Source: Erysipelotrichaceae bacterium (GTDB lineage Bacteria > Bacillota_I > Bacilli_A > Erysipelotrichales > Erysipelotrichaceae). From it: a stretch of 32,000 bases of DNA. Each line of letters opens with the position of its first letter. The first letter of the stretch is position 1. The stretch lies in NCBI GenBank assembly GCA_963663995.1, contig OY760660.1, positions 1,890,001 to 1,922,000 on the forward strand, read 5' to 3'. Both the position numbers and the translations under genes were made by a program. Below, piece after piece: positions 1 to 10,925 of this stretch. The notes beneath the pieces were generated by a model. That model saw only the letters and a list, made by a program, of their open reading frames with translations. It made no database searches and had not been told where the DNA came from.

Positions 1-72
1 AAAAATAGTGAGCTCGAAGTCTTAGATGGATACTTTGAAAAGATCGATCAAGCGCTTGCGAGCATACAGTAA
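1..72 (+). CDS. V-type ATPase subunit A, C-terminal fragment (partial, runs off window start)
   Basis: Frame 1 is open from the window edge to TAA at 70-72 (...ELEVLDGYFEKIDQALASIQ*). It ends just before an AAGGAGG SD and the subunit B start. The assignment rests on A-B-D operon order; the fragment is too short to confirm by sequence alone. Confidence 0.5.
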   Translation, partial: KNSELEVLDGYFEKIDQALASIQ

Positions 73-84
73 GGAGGGACAATT

Positions 85-1524
85 ATGAGCGTTCAATATA
101 AAGGCTTAAAAGAAATTAGAGGTCCCCTTATTGTTTTAGATAATATTCAAAATGTAGGTTTTGAAGAGATGGTCGAGATTGAACTTGAAAATGGTTCAAC
201 ACGTACCGGTCGTGTCATTATGATTGAGGGTGAAAAGATTGTTGTTCAAGTTTTTGAAGGAACATCAGGTCTTTCTCAAATCAACACAAAAACTAAACTT
301 TTAGGACACCCAATGCAAATTGCTTTATCAAAAGAAATTTTAGGTCGTGTCTTTAATGGTGCTGGAACAGCTATCGATGGTTTAGGTGAAGTTTTCGCTA
401 ACGAATATGCTGATATTAATGGTAGTGCATTAAATCCTGTTATGCGTAAATACCCACGTAACTATATCAACACAGGTGTTTCTGGCATTGATGGTTTAAA
501 TACATTGATTCGTGGTCAAAAACTACCTATCTTCTCAGGGTCAGGTTTACCACATAATCAATTAGCTGTACAAATTGTTAGACAAGCAAACATTGCTGCT
601 GAAGCAGGACAAGAATTTGCGATTGTTTTCGGCGCTATGGGTGTTAAAAATGACGTCGCTGATTATTTCAGAAGATCATTTGAAGAAACCGGTGTTATGG
701 AAAAAGTTGTTATGTTTATGAACTTATCCAATGACCCAATTATTGAGCGTATTTTAACGCCTCGTTGTGCTTTGTCAGCTGCTGAATACTTAGCCTATCA
801 AGTAGGTATGCATGTTTTGGTTATCTTAACGGATATTACATCTTACTGTGAAGCATTACGTGAATTCTCTTCATCAAAAGAAGAAATTCCTGGACGTAAA
901 GGTTATCCAGGTTATATGTATTCTGACTTAGCATCATTATATGAAAGAGCAGGGATTGTTGAAGGACGTAAAGGTTCTGTAACACAAATTCCTATCTTAA
1001 CCATTCCTAATGACGATATCACTCATCCAGTACCTGATTTAACGGGTTATATTACAGAAGGTCAAATTGTTTTAGATCGTAATTTACATCAAAATGGTTT
1101 GTATCCACCAATTGGTATTCTTCCATCCCTTTCTCGTTTGATGAAAGATGGTATTGGTGAAGGTTATACACGTAAAGATCACTCATCTTTAGCAACACAA
1201 CTCTTTGCATGTTATGCGAAAGTTCAAGATGCTAGATCACTAGCATCCGTTATTGGTGAAGAAGAACTATCAAATGTTGATAGAAAATATATGGCTTATG
1301 GTCGTCTATTTGAAAAACTCTATATCGCTCAAGGTTTTGATACAAATCGTGCGATTGAAGATACGCTTAACTTAGGTTGGCATCTATTATCTTTATTACC
1401 AAAGAAAGAACTCGATCGTATTCCCCAGGAATTAGTAGAAGAGTATTATGATAATCATAATGCGATTGCTTACTTCATGGCCGCTATGGGTGGCGATGTT
1501 GACGAGATACTAAAAGAGGCTTAA
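85..1524 (+). CDS. ntpB: V-type ATP synthase subunit B
   Basis: 479 aa with full-length resemblance to V/A-type ATPase B subunits ([14 protein letters not shown] in place of a P-loop; [22 protein letters not shown]). SD AAGGAGG lies upstream. Confidence 0.95.
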   Translation: MSVQYKGLKEIRGPLIVLDNIQNVGFEEMVEIELENGSTRTGRVIMIEGEKIVVQVFEGTSGLSQINTKTKLLGHPMQIALSKEILGRVFNGAGTAIDGLGEVFANEYADINGSALNPVMRKYPRNYINTGVSGIDGLNTLIRGQKLPIFSGSGLPHNQLAVQIVRQANIAAEAGQEFAIVFGAMGVKNDVADYFRRSFEETGVMEKVVMFMNLSNDPIIERILTPRCALSAAEYLAYQVGMHVLVILTDITSYCEALREFSSSKEEIPGRKGYPGYMYSDLASLYERAGIVEGRKGSVTQIPILTIPNDDITHPVPDLTGYITEGQIVLDRNLHQNGLYPPIGILPSLSRLMKDGIGEGYTRKDHSSLATQLFACYAKVQDARSLASVIGEEELSNVDRKYMAYGRLFEKLYIAQGFDTNRAIEDTLNLGWHLLSLLPKKELDRIPQELVEEYYDNHNAIAYFMAAMGGDVDEILKEA

Positions 1525-1527
1525 CAG

Positions 1528-2157
1528 ATGGCCGCAACAAAAGTATCCCCAACTAAAGGGAATTTACTCCATACAAAAAAATCACTTCAACTAGCTAAAC
1601 TCGGTTATGATCTAATGGATCGTAAGCGTAGCATTTTGATTCGTGAGATGATGATGTTGGTAGATAAAGTTAAACTGTTGCGTGACGAAATTACTGAAGT
1701 ATACGAAGAAGCTTATCTAGCTTTACAAGCTGCCAATATTTCATTAGGGGTAGTTTCTGAAATCTCATCTGCAGTGACTATTGAAACAGGTGTGAATATT
1801 GTCTATCGTTCAGTTATGGGGGTAGAAATCCCGTCTGTTAGTTGCACAGATAAAGCTGTCGAATTTGAATATGGTTTTGAAGATTCAAACTCAAAGTTAG
1901 ATGAGGCAACCATTAAGTTTAACCAAGTTAAGAAAATGACCATCTTGCTCAGTGAAATTGATAATTCAATTTATCGCTTGGCTAGAGCTATTCAAAAAAC
2001 GCAAAAAAGAGCCAATGCTTTACAAAACATTGTTCTTCCAAATTTAAAAGCGGATATTAAATATATTGCTGAAAGTTTAGAAGAAAAAGAACGTGAAGAA
2101 TTTACACGCTTGAAGGTTATTAAGTCACAAAAAGAAAACGCAAAAAATGCAGCATAG
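1528..2157 (+). CDS. ntpD: V-type ATP synthase subunit D
   Basis: 209 aa. The N-terminus PTKGNLLHTKKSLQLAKLGYDLMDRKRSILIRE is typical of V-ATPase D. It starts 3 nt after ntpB. Confidence 0.9.
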   Translation: MAATKVSPTKGNLLHTKKSLQLAKLGYDLMDRKRSILIREMMMLVDKVKLLRDEITEVYEEAYLALQAANISLGVVSEISSAVTIETGVNIVYRSVMGVEIPSVSCTDKAVEFEYGFEDSNSKLDEATIKFNQVKKMTILLSEIDNSIYRLARAIQKTQKRANALQNIVLPNLKADIKYIAESLEEKEREEFTRLKVIKSQKENAKNAA

Positions 2158-2183
2158 CAATATGTTGTATTTTTTTAGGACTT

Positions 2184-2546
2184 TTGAGAATGAGTGCATT
2201 TATATATAGTATGAAGCTCTATCAATTTGAAGAACTAGATACCTTAGTTCGATTCCACTTACGCTTTTACAAAAAGCAAAAAAGTAGAGAAGACTTCTAC
2301 GCTAATCATCTAGAGGTCGGTGAGGCACAAACCGTTAAACCACTAGAAAAAGTCTATGTTTATTGTATTGAACAATCCTTAGAAGAATTGAGTGAAGATG
2401 AACGATTAATTCTGATCAAAGAGAACCTCGAATCAGTCTCAAAAAACTGGTGGATGGAGTACTTTTCTAAGAGTACTTACTATCGAATAAAGTATAAAGC
2501 AATGGACCGTTTTATTCATTGTTTACATTCCGAAAGCATGATATGA
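2184..2546 (+). CDS. hypothetical protein (start uncertain: TTG 2184, ATG 2190 or ATG 2211)
   Basis: ORF only; I recognise no family. It sits between the V-ATPase genes and ptsI. Confidence 0.35.
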   Translation: MRMSAFIYSMKLYQFEELDTLVRFHLRFYKKQKSREDFYANHLEVGEAQTVKPLEKVYVYCIEQSLEELSEDERLILIKENLESVSKNWWMEYFSKSTYYRIKYKAMDRFIHCLHSESMI

Positions 2547-2611
2547 TGTTTGTGAAAATTTCGACTTGAAAACATTTTTTAAGTCGCTATTACAAATCTA
2601 AGGAGAAACAC

Positions 2612-4321
2612 ATGCTAAAAGGTATTGCTGCAAGTAGTGGCGTAGTCGTCGCGAAAGCCTATAAAATGGTTCAACCCGTTTTTGAAATTACAAAGAAATC
2701 TGCCAATGTAGAGGAAGAATTAGCAAAGTTTGAAGCGGCTATTCTAAAGACTCGTGCTGACATCGAAAGCATTAAGGCAAAGGCTGTTGGAAAATTGTCT
2801 GATGAAGAATTAGCGATTTTTGATGCCCACATTATGGTTACAATGGATCCAGAATTCACAGGCCAAATGGAAGAAATGATTAAGAATGATGGCGTTAACG
2901 CTGATTATGCTTGTCATGAAGTATCAAGTATGTTTATCAATATGTTTGATAGTATGGAAGATCCATACTTCAAAGAACGTGCAGCTGACATTAAAGATGT
3001 TAGTTACCGTTTAACTTGCCATATCTTAGGCTTAGAAATGGCTGACTTATCTTTAATTAATGAAAAAGTTATTATCGTTGCCCACGATTTAACTCCATCA
3101 GATACAGCTCAATTAAATAAAGAATTTACTTTAGGTTTCGCTACTGCGATTGGTGGTCGTACATCTCACTCAGCGATTATGGCTAGATCATTAGAAATTC
3201 CTGCAATCGTTGGGATTAATGGCTTATTAGAAGAAATTAATCATGGTGATCTAATCGCTCTTGATGCGATTGATGGTGAACTTTACTTAAATCCTACTGA
3301 AGAAGAAATCAAAGACTTTGAGAAAAAAGCTGAACGTTATGCAAAACTCAAAGAAAGCTTAAAAGTATTAAAAGATGCTGAATCAATCACAACAGATGGA
3401 CATCACGTTGAACTTGTTGCTAATATTGGTACACCTAATGATGTTGATGGCGTATTAAATAACGGTGGTGAAGGTGTTGGTTTATACCGTACTGAATTCC
3501 TTTATATGGATGCTAAAGACTTCCCAACAGAAGATGATCAATATACTGCTTATAAAACAGTTTTAGAGAGAATGGGTAAAAAACCTGTTGTTGTTAGAAC
3601 CTTAGATATCGGTGGAGATAAAGAGTTAAGTTACTTAGACTTACCTCACGAAATGAATCCATTCTTAGGCTATCGTGCGATTCGTTTATGTTTAGATCGT
3701 CCTGAACTATTCAGAACTCAAATTCGTGCACTTCTTCGTGCGAGTGTCCATGGTAATCTATGTATTATGTTCCCAATGATCGCTACATTAGACGAATTCA
3801 GAGCGGCTAAGAAATTCGTTAAAGAAAACGAAGCTGAATTAAAAACTGAAGGCGTTGAAGTCGCTAAATACCAATTAGGTATTATGGTTGAAATTCCTGC
3901 TGCTGCTGTTCTTGCTGATCAATTTGCTAAAGAAGTTGACTTCTTCTCAATTGGAACCAATGACTTGATTCAATATTCTATGGCAGCTGATCGTATGAGT
4001 GAAAAAGTATCTTACCTCTATCAACCCTATAATCCATCATTATTACGTTTAATCAAAATGACCATCGACGGTGCTCATAAAGAAGGTAAATGGTGTGGTA
4101 TGTGTGGTGAAATGGCTGGTGAACCTTATGCTGTTCCTCTACTATTAGGTTTAGGTTTAGATGAATTCTCAATGTCTGCTACCTCAATCTTACAAGCACG
4201 TAAAATCGTTCGTTCATTAAGTTATAAAGAAATGCAAGATTTATCTGCAAAAGCGCTTAACTTAACAACAATGACTGATGTACTTGACCTTGTTAAAGCA
4301 AGCGTAAAGTTCGACGACTAA
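2612..4321 (+). CDS. ptsI: phosphoenolpyruvate-protein phosphotransferase (PTS Enzyme I)
   Basis: 569 aa. Active-site His region [22 protein letters not shown]-terminal PEP-utilising domain ([14 protein letters not shown]). SD AAGGAGA upstream. Confidence 0.97.
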   Translation: MLKGIAASSGVVVAKAYKMVQPVFEITKKSANVEEELAKFEAAILKTRADIESIKAKAVGKLSDEELAIFDAHIMVTMDPEFTGQMEEMIKNDGVNADYACHEVSSMFINMFDSMEDPYFKERAADIKDVSYRLTCHILGLEMADLSLINEKVIIVAHDLTPSDTAQLNKEFTLGFATAIGGRTSHSAIMARSLEIPAIVGINGLLEEINHGDLIALDAIDGELYLNPTEEEIKDFEKKAERYAKLKESLKVLKDAESITTDGHHVELVANIGTPNDVDGVLNNGGEGVGLYRTEFLYMDAKDFPTEDDQYTAYKTVLERMGKKPVVVRTLDIGGDKELSYLDLPHEMNPFLGYRAIRLCLDRPELFRTQIRALLRASVHGNLCIMFPMIATLDEFRAAKKFVKENEAELKTEGVEVAKYQLGIMVEIPAAAVLADQFAKEVDFFSIGTNDLIQYSMAADRMSEKVSYLYQPYNPSLLRLIKMTIDGAHKEGKWCGMCGEMAGEPYAVPLLLGLGLDEFSMSATSILQARKIVRSLSYKEMQDLSAKALNLTTMTDVLDLVKASVKFDD

Positions 4322-4333
4322 TTAAATAAGATG

Positions 4334-4366
4334 AGTCTCACTCGTTAAAAAGTGAGACTTTTTTCT
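4334..4366 (+). terminator. rho-independent terminator after ptsI
   Basis: Perfect 9-bp stem AGTCTCACT/AGTGAGACT with an 8-nt loop, followed by TTTTTTC. Confidence 0.8.
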
Positions 4367-4444
4367 TTGTTTTTTAGCGTTAAAATAGGTGAGCTTTTTA
4401 TCAAATTAAAAAAGTTTTACATGAATTCGCTTACATTTGTGTTT

Positions 4445-4460
4445 TGTGATATATATCACA
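4445..4460. promoter_or_regulatory. perfect palindrome TGTGA-N6-TCACA (Crp/Fnr-type or Rex-like operator) upstream of pflB
   Basis: TGTGATATATATCACA is a perfect 16-bp palindrome, centred about 42 nt upstream of the predicted TSS that follows a TGaTAGATT extended -10 at 4480-4488. Confidence 0.5.
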
Positions 4461-4479
4461 TTTAAAGTTAAAGAAAGTG

Positions 4480-4488
4480 TGATAGATT
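4480..4488 (+). promoter_or_regulatory. putative extended -10 element (TGaTAGATT) of the pflBA promoter
   Basis: TG-n-TAGATT lies about 22 nt upstream of the pflB start codon, at class II activator spacing from the palindrome. Confidence 0.35.
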
Positions 4489-4510
4489 TAAATCGAAAAG
4501 AGGGTAAGAT

Positions 4511-6736
4511 ATGAAAAATGCTTGGAAAAATTTTAAATCTGGTGCGTGGGAAGAAGAAATAAATGTTGAAGATTTTATTCAATCAAATTATACCTACTAC
4601 ACTGGTGATGATTCATTTTTAGCACCAATTACTTCTAAAACAAAAGCTGTTTGGGAACGTTGTGAAGAACTACTTTTGGAAGAAAGAAAATTAGGTGTTT
4701 TAGATATAGAGATGGATGCCATTTCTGGTGTCAATAATTTTAAACCTGGTTACATCCTTAGAGATTTTGAATCAATTGTTGGACTTCAAACTGATGCTCC
4801 ATTAAAAAGAATAATCAATCCTTATGGCGGTATTCGTTTAGCCGCAAAAATATTAAAAGTGTATGGTCGTGAAATCAAACCAGAATTCATGACATTCTTT
4901 GATGAATATGGAAAAACACATAATCAAGGTGTTTTCGATGCTTATAACGATGATATGCGTAAAGCCAGACATACCGGATTATTAACCGGATTACCTGATG
5001 CTTATGGACGTGGTCGTATTATTGGTGATTACCGTCGGGTTGCTTTATATGGGATCGACGCATTAATCGAAGATAAGAAACAAGACTTAAAATTCATTAA
5101 AGATATTAATGATGAAACTATTCAACTTCGTGAAGAAGTTAGCGACCAAATTAGAGCTTTAGGTGACATTAAAAAGATGGCGGCATCTTATGGTCTAGAT
5201 ATTTCTGAACCTGCAACATCAGCGCAAGAAGCTGTTCAATGGTTATACTTTGGATACTTAGCTGCGGTTAAAGAAAACAATGGTGCTGCGATGTCTTTAG
5301 GTCGTACATCAACTTTCTTAGATATCTATATTCAAAGGGATTTAGAAGCCGGAAAAATCACTGAGGATGTTGCGCAAGAATACATTGATCAATTCATTAT
5401 TAAACTCCGTTTAGTTCGTCATTTAAGATCTCCTGAGTATGATGAACTATTTGCCGGTGATCCAACTTGGGTAACCGAATCAATTGGTGGAATGTCACGC
5501 AATAAAACACCTCTTATTACTAAAAACTCATTTAGATACTTACATTCTTTAACTAATTTAGGTCCTGCACCAGAACCAAATATGACTGTTTTATGGTCTG
5601 AGGCACTTCCTGAAAACTTTAAGAAATATACAGCTAAGATGTCCATTGAAACGGGTGCTATCCAATATGAAAATGATGACTTAATGTCACCAATTTATAA
5701 TACTGATTATGCAATCGCTTGTTGTGTGTCAGCGATGGGTATTGGTAAGCAAATGCAATACTTTGGTGCTCGTACCAATATGGCAAAAGCATTACTCTAT
5801 GCGATCAATGCTGGTTATGATGAAGTTTATAATGAAAAAGTTGTTGATGGCATTGATGCGATGAATGACGACGTATTAGATTATGACAAAGTTATGAAGT
5901 CCTATACTACAACTTTAGAAAAAGTTGCTAAGCTTTATGTTGATACAATGAATATCATCCACTATATGCATGACAAATATGCTTATGAAAAATCACAAAT
6001 GGCTCTACATGATACCTATGTTGAGCGTTTGATGGCTTTTGGCATTGCAGGTTTATCAGTTGTTGCGGATTCATTATCTGCGATTAAGTATGCAAAAGTT
6101 AAACCAATACGTAATGAATTTGGTATTGCTACAGATTTTGAAATTGAAGGAACTTTCCCTAAATTTGGTAATGATGATGATCGTGTTGATGATATCGCTA
6201 TTGAAGTTGTCACAATGTTCTCAAATATGTTAAAGAAACATCCATTACATAGAAATGCAAAACATACATTATCTATTTTAACAATTACTTCTAATGTTGT
6301 TTATGGTTTAAAAACAGGTTCAACTCCTGATGGACGTCATAAAGGCGAACCATTTGCACCTGGGGCTAATCCAATGCATGGACGTGATATTGAAGGCGCA
6401 CTTGCTTCATTAAACTCTGTTGCGAAAATTCCTTATGAAGATATCTGTCAAGATGGTGTATCCAATACCTTCTCGATTATGCCTGAAACTTTAGGTAAAA
6501 CAAAAGGTGAACAAGTTGATAATACTGTTTCTATTTTAGATGGTTACTTTAAATCAAATGCTCATCACTTAAATGTTAATGTATATTCTCGTGAAGTCTT
6601 AATGAAAGCTATGGAGCATCCTGAACTCTATCCAAATCTTACGATTCGTGTTTCAGGTTATGCGGTTCATTTCCATCGCTTAACTAAAGCTCAACAACTC
6701 GAAGTGCTTAACCGTACTTTCCATGAGTCAATCTAA
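4511..6736 (+). CDS. pflB: pyruvate formate-lyase (formate C-acetyltransferase)
   Basis: 741 aa. Active-site Cys-Cys (IACCVSAMG) and the C-terminal glycyl-radical motif [11 protein letters not shown]. Confidence 0.97.
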   Translation: MKNAWKNFKSGAWEEEINVEDFIQSNYTYYTGDDSFLAPITSKTKAVWERCEELLLEERKLGVLDIEMDAISGVNNFKPGYILRDFESIVGLQTDAPLKRIINPYGGIRLAAKILKVYGREIKPEFMTFFDEYGKTHNQGVFDAYNDDMRKARHTGLLTGLPDAYGRGRIIGDYRRVALYGIDALIEDKKQDLKFIKDINDETIQLREEVSDQIRALGDIKKMAASYGLDISEPATSAQEAVQWLYFGYLAAVKENNGAAMSLGRTSTFLDIYIQRDLEAGKITEDVAQEYIDQFIIKLRLVRHLRSPEYDELFAGDPTWVTESIGGMSRNKTPLITKNSFRYLHSLTNLGPAPEPNMTVLWSEALPENFKKYTAKMSIETGAIQYENDDLMSPIYNTDYAIACCVSAMGIGKQMQYFGARTNMAKALLYAINAGYDEVYNEKVVDGIDAMNDDVLDYDKVMKSYTTTLEKVAKLYVDTMNIIHYMHDKYAYEKSQMALHDTYVERLMAFGIAGLSVVADSLSAIKYAKVKPIRNEFGIATDFEIEGTFPKFGNDDDRVDDIAIEVVTMFSNMLKKHPLHRNAKHTLSILTITSNVVYGLKTGSTPDGRHKGEPFAPGANPMHGRDIEGALASLNSVAKIPYEDICQDGVSNTFSIMPETLGKTKGEQVDNTVSILDGYFKSNAHHLNVNVYSREVLMKAMEHPELYPNLTIRVSGYAVHFHRLTKAQQLEVLNRTFHESI

Positions 6737-7466
6737 AACAGCTTACATCCAAAAAATTGAAAAACTAGGAACCTTTGATGGACCAGGGATCCGTACAGTA
6801 TTCTTTCTTTCAGGCTGTCCTTTAAGATGTTTATACTGTCATAATCCTGAAACTTGGCAAAGCCAAAGTGGTGAAGTTATCAGTTCCGACGATGTTTTAA
6901 AAATTGCTCGACGTAATCGTAATTATTATGGTCAAAATGGGGGCATTACCTTCAGTGGAGGAGAACCCTTAATGCAAGCTGAATTTGTGGATGAATGTTT
7001 TAAACTTTTAAAGGCTGAAGGTTTCCATACCGTACTGGATAGTTCTGGTTATGGGGCAAGTCCTTTGATTGATTCAATTTTAGAAAACACAGATTTAGTT
7101 TTATATGATTTAAAGGCAGCTGATAAAGACATGTATCACTCAATTACTTTAGGTCAAAAAGAAGTAACTGATCATTTTTTAGAGAGAACGCAAGCACATG
7201 ATTGCAAGTTATGGATAAGACAAGTCTTGGTTCCAGGTATTAATGATAATGATATTAATCTTGAACAAAGTGCAGTGTCGATTGCTAAACTGAAAAATGT
7301 AGAGCGAATTGAAGTCTTACCTTATCATACCTTGGGGATTGCTAAGTACGAGAAGCTTAATATTGAATATCCATTAAAAGGTTTAATCCCAATGGATATG
7401 TCAGTTGCTCAAACATTTCAAAAACGCTTAGAAAAAAGAATTGAAGAAATAAAAGCTTACCAATAG
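6723..7466 (+). CDS. pflA: pyruvate formate-lyase activating enzyme (radical SAM)
   Basis: 247 aa. [10 protein letters not shown] (CxxxCxxC) radical-SAM cluster motif and [11 protein letters not shown]. Overlaps pflB by 14 nt. Confidence 0.95.
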   Translation: MSQSKTAYIQKIEKLGTFDGPGIRTVFFLSGCPLRCLYCHNPETWQSQSGEVISSDDVLKIARRNRNYYGQNGGITFSGGEPLMQAEFVDECFKLLKAEGFHTVLDSSGYGASPLIDSILENTDLVLYDLKAADKDMYHSITLGQKEVTDHFLERTQAHDCKLWIRQVLVPGINDNDINLEQSAVSIAKLKNVERIEVLPYHTLGIAKYEKLNIEYPLKGLIPMDMSVAQTFQKRLEKRIEEIKAYQ

Positions 7467-7481
7467 ATTTGTAAGCTTTTT
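7451..7481. terminator. bidirectional hairpin between convergent pflA and azlD
   Basis: 10-bp stem AAAAGCTTAC/GTAAGCTTTT flanked by A and T runs. It spans the pflA stop and abuts the azlD stop. Confidence 0.65.
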
Positions 7482-7809
7482 AAATAAAGATGATATTAAC
7501 ACAGACAAGATAAATAACTAATCCAATAAAGATACTGACTAATGTATTTTTCTTATAAAGATGGATGAATGTTATAGATATTAGGGATATTAGTTCAGAT
7601 GCTCCATAAGGATAGCTGTTAAAACTTGTACCCTTTAGGGCATATACAACTAGCATCCCTAAAGATGCATACGGAAGCGTGTCTCCCAATTTTTTGAGCC
7701 AATGAGGAATTGCTTTATTTTCTGGGAAAAACCAAAAGGGTATGAATCGAGTTAAAATCGTACCACCAGCCAAGGCAAAGACCATAAACCAACGTTGCAT
7801 ATCAGTCAT
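7480..7809 (-). CDS. azlD: branched-chain amino acid transport protein AzlD
   Basis: Small 4-TM protein following azlC. I prefer the ATG at 7809 (MTDMQRW...), which overlaps the azlC stop (ATGACTGA), over the longer 7839 start. Confidence 0.75.
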   Translation of the reverse strand: MTDMQRWFMVFALAGGTILTRFIPFWFFPENKAIPHWLKKLGDTLPYASLGMLVVYALKGTSFNSYPYGASELISLISITFIHLYKKNTLVSIFIGLVIYLVCVNIIFI

Positions 7810-8479
7810 GTTGAGGCTCCTTCTTAAAGATGATCGCAAGTAATATTAAAACCATGCTCCCAAGTAAGAAGTTATTTGGACCTAAGACTAAAAGCGAAAG
7901 CAGCGTTGCGATAACTCCTATCATCAAATAAGGGCGATGTTTTTGATGTTCCCACTGGTTTAAGAAAAGAATATAAAACAAAGCAGTTAAAACAAAATCA
8001 AAACCTTGTATGGATGATGGGACAAACTGTCCTAAGAAGAAACCCAATAGACTAAAACTATTCCAATACATATAACAAATTAGTCCAATCCAAAAATAAA
8101 ACCAGCCATGATTGGTTTCATTATCAAGTTCAACTGCTACTTGAACAGAGAAAGCTTCATCTGCCAACATATAGATTGTAAAGAATTTCTTAATACCCAT
8201 GTTTCGGTACCTAGAAAGCATTGAGATGCCATAAAAAATATGACGGATATTTACTAGTATTGCGAGTGTAAACGCCGCTATTGGGTTAAAAATACTGATT
8301 AACAAAGGAATAGCCGCAAATTGTAATGCACCTGCAAAAACAATGCCACTCATCGCCATGACCCAGTAAAAATCAAGCCCACTATGATTCATGAGTAAAC
8401 CATAGGCTAAACCTAAAAAACCATATCCAGTTAAGATGGGTAAGGTATAAGGAAAGGCTTTTTTAAGACTTTGGTGCAT
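7802..8479 (-). CDS. azlC: AzlC family branched-chain amino acid permease subunit
   Basis: 225-aa polytopic membrane protein with an AzlC-like N-terminus (LPILTGYGFLGLAYGLLM). Paired with azlD. Confidence 0.8.
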   Translation of the reverse strand: MHQSLKKAFPYTLPILTGYGFLGLAYGLLMNHSGLDFYWVMAMSGIVFAGALQFAAIPLLISIFNPIAAFTLAILVNIRHIFYGISMLSRYRNMGIKKFFTIYMLADEAFSVQVAVELDNETNHGWFYFWIGLICYMYWNSFSLLGFFLGQFVPSSIQGFDFVLTALFYILFLNQWEHQKHRPYLMIGVIATLLSLLVLGPNNFLLGSMVLILLAIIFKKEPQHD

Positions 8480-9281
8480 ACATAGAACTCAATTCATCTT
8501 GGATTTCCGCTGCTCGATTTTGAGTCGCACTAAATGTATCTAAAACTAATTGATCAATTGCTTTATCTAAAATGGCTAAACCTTCAACGGTTGTCCCATT
8601 CTTAGAACTAACATTTTTTATTAAGAGATCCAAATCTATGTCATTAGCTTTAGCCATTTCAGCTGCCGCTACAAAAGTTTGGGCAACCAAGGCTTTCGCA
8701 TTAAATTCATCGATACCATTATCGATTGATGCTTTAACAAAAGCAGACATCAAACGATAAACAAAAGCAATACCAGAACCACTATTAGAGACAAAAACAT
8801 TCATATCACTTTCTTGGATAGGTGTAAGTAAAGCAACTGATTCAAAAATGGATCGTACTTTTTGCAGATCACTTGTCTTAATTTCTTCATTACAACATAA
8901 AGCGATACTACCTTTTTTAATTGAAACAGCTGTTGTTGGCATCATCCGAATCAATTTATGATTTCTACCCAACCATGTTTCCAATAATTCTAAATTAATC
9001 CCAACGGCAATAGATATAACATATGCATCTTCAGGGATTGCATCTTTTATTTCTAAACATACATCATAAAGTTGTTGAGGTTTTACTGCTAAAACAATAA
9101 TATCTGCGTTTTTAACACAATTGACATTAGTTCTTTCAGCGACAAAATGAAAATCTTCTCTCAATTTATCTAATGATTCTTGACGTCTTGATGACACATG
9201 ATGAACCAAAGAAATATTTCCTTCAAAACCTTTAAGAAATGATCTAGTCATATTGCCTGCGCCAATCCACGATATTTGCAT
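8463..9281 (-). CDS. proC: pyrroline-5-carboxylate reductase
   Basis: 272 aa. N-terminal Rossmann motif ISWIGAGNM and a C-terminal P5CR dimerisation region (SKNGTTVEGL). Confidence 0.88.
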   Translation of the reverse strand: MQISWIGAGNMTRSFLKGFEGNISLVHHVSSRRQESLDKLREDFHFVAERTNVNCVKNADIIVLAVKPQQLYDVCLEIKDAIPEDAYVISIAVGINLELLETWLGRNHKLIRMMPTTAVSIKKGSIALCCNEEIKTSDLQKVRSIFESVALLTPIQESDMNVFVSNSGSGIAFVYRLMSAFVKASIDNGIDEFNAKALVAQTFVAAAEMAKANDIDLDLLIKNVSSKNGTTVEGLAILDKAIDQLVLDTFSATQNRAAEIQDELSSMYAPKS

Positions 9282-9374
9282 AATAAATCCTCCATTAATA
9301 TGTATAATTTATCATATCCTACTAAAAGAGTCATTTCACTTGAATCAACAAGCTAAACTGAGTACATTTTAACT

Positions 9375-9782
9375 ATGAACAATCCCATTGAATTTACCTT
9401 ATCAACCCCTACATTACTGTTTTCAGCCATATCACTTTTAATGTTGGCTTATACAAATCGTTTTGTTGTTATTGCAAATCTTATCCGCGATCTCTATGAT
9501 CGTTACCAAAAAGAACCCAGTGAAATCATTTCAAATCAGCTCATTAATTTAAGACGCAGAATGAGTATTATTCGTAATATGCAAGTTCTGGGGGGACTAA
9601 GTTTTTTCTTTTCAGTTTTAAGTTTATTATTGATTCTTGTAAAACTGATTGGGCTTGCAGAAATTAGTTTTGGGATTAGTGTATTACTACTTCTTGGTTC
9701 ATTGGCTTTGTTGATTATTGAACTTAATATTTCAGTAAAAGCATTGAATATACAATTAAAAGATTTCAAAGAAAAAGACTGA
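9375..9782 (+). CDS. DUF2721-like membrane protein
   Basis: 135 aa with 3 TM segments. LLFSAISLLMLAYTNRF...IRDL resembles the DUF2721 N-terminal pattern as I recall it. Confidence 0.45.
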   Translation: MNNPIEFTLSTPTLLFSAISLLMLAYTNRFVVIANLIRDLYDRYQKEPSEIISNQLINLRRRMSIIRNMQVLGGLSFFFSVLSLLLILVKLIGLAEISFGISVLLLLGSLALLIIELNISVKALNIQLKDFKEKD

Positions 9783-9797
9783 TTAATTTCAGTCTTT
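9774..9797. terminator. bidirectional hairpin between convergent genes
   Basis: 9-bp stem AAAGACTGA/TCAGTCTTT with a 6-nt loop and A/T runs on both sides. It overlaps the 9782 stop. Confidence 0.6.
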
Positions 9798-9798
9798 A

Positions 9799-10839
9799 TT
9801 ATTCCCATTCAACAATTTGATCAGTCTCGACGACTTGAATCCAAGTATTACCTGGTTTGATTATAAGTTCTGTATCATCATCTAAAAACCAGTGAGTGAT
9901 ATCATCTTCGAAACCTTTTGTCCATGAACCAGATATATGTTTTCCATCTATAAAGTAATCTGCTTGACCTGCATATTTAAATTCTACTAATACATAACCA
10001 TGCACTTCTGAATGTTCAGCGTATTGAACAATTATATTGGTTGCGCTAATTTGTTCATCGTATAAGGCATCCATGTGTTCTTTGCCCTCGATAAAGCGCA
10101 AATATTGACCACTCGTTTGATCAAATTCATAAGTCACTAAATTTGGTGTTTCAGTTGGATAATCAATTGAAATTGTGTTGGCAATGTCTGAACTTGTACT
10201 GAAATCTTCCTCATCAAAATTAAAATGTTTTGGTGGCCACATATCTACATTTTCAATATCAGCAAATGCTTCTTCTAATTTGATATATGCATTATGTGGT
10301 GCGGGTTTATCAGTGGTTCTAAAGAAGTAATCATCATTGATTCCAGCAACTGCATCAAAACGATATGGAATAAACATGTCAGGCAACATTGATAATGCAT
10401 TTACTTCTGAAGGGTTTGCAGTACCATCTTGTGCTATTGGACCAGACCCACCATAATGTACTAAAGCAGTATGCCACTCATTATATATTCTGACAAACGG
10501 AACACGAATAGATCTAAGTGGCCCAACTTTTTCTGGAATCTCACCTTCAAAGTAAGCCATAAACCGTGTTTCATAATATTCATCTTTGATGACTTCATAA
10601 ACAATATCAGCTTTTGAAATACCATATTGTGGACGCGCTACGGCTGAATTATTGATCATAACAGCGAATGCCTTGTAATGTATTGTTTCACCATCTTCAA
10701 GTGCTGAGCCATCAAAAATATTTCTATTGATTACGACTTCAGGTTCTTCAACTACAACAGGTTCTTCAACAACTTCGTCTTTAGCACAGGCCACTAATGA
10801 AAAAAACACAACAAATCCAATGATTAATTTTTTATACAT
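9799..10839 (-). CDS. DUF3048 (YerB-like) lipoprotein
   Basis: Lipobox FFSLVAC. AVMINNSAVARPQYGISKADIVYEV matches the conserved DUF3048 N-terminal block. Confidence 0.75.
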   Translation of the reverse strand: MYKKLIIGFVVFFSLVACAKDEVVEEPVVVEEPEVVINRNIFDGSALEDGETIHYKAFAVMINNSAVARPQYGISKADIVYEVIKDEYYETRFMAYFEGEIPEKVGPLRSIRVPFVRIYNEWHTALVHYGGSGPIAQDGTANPSEVNALSMLPDMFIPYRFDAVAGINDDYFFRTTDKPAPHNAYIKLEEAFADIENVDMWPPKHFNFDEEDFSTSSDIANTISIDYPTETPNLVTYEFDQTSGQYLRFIEGKEHMDALYDEQISATNIIVQYAEHSEVHGYVLVEFKYAGQADYFIDGKHISGSWTKGFEDDITHWFLDDDTELIIKPGNTWIQVVETDQIVEWE

Positions 10840-10925
10840 AGTAGAAATTTCCCCTATTCTTAAATTCTATTATAAACAAAATTGCAGTGATATAATGAGT
10901 AAAAAGGATTAATTGTAGGTTAAAA

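Noticed and set aside
2184-2546. Sigma-70 region 4 / ArpU-like regulator assignment for the 120-aa ORF
   Set aside because: This is only a vague impression from the C-terminal WWMEYFSKSTYYRIKYKAMDRF segment. I cannot support it without a profile search.
2547-2611. Possible cre (CcpA) site or attenuator upstream of ptsI (TGTGAAAATTTCGACTTGAAAACA)
   Set aside because: It does not fit the TGWAANCGNTNWCA core (no central CG in register). Only a weak 6-bp stem (CGACTT/AAGTCG) with a long loop is present.
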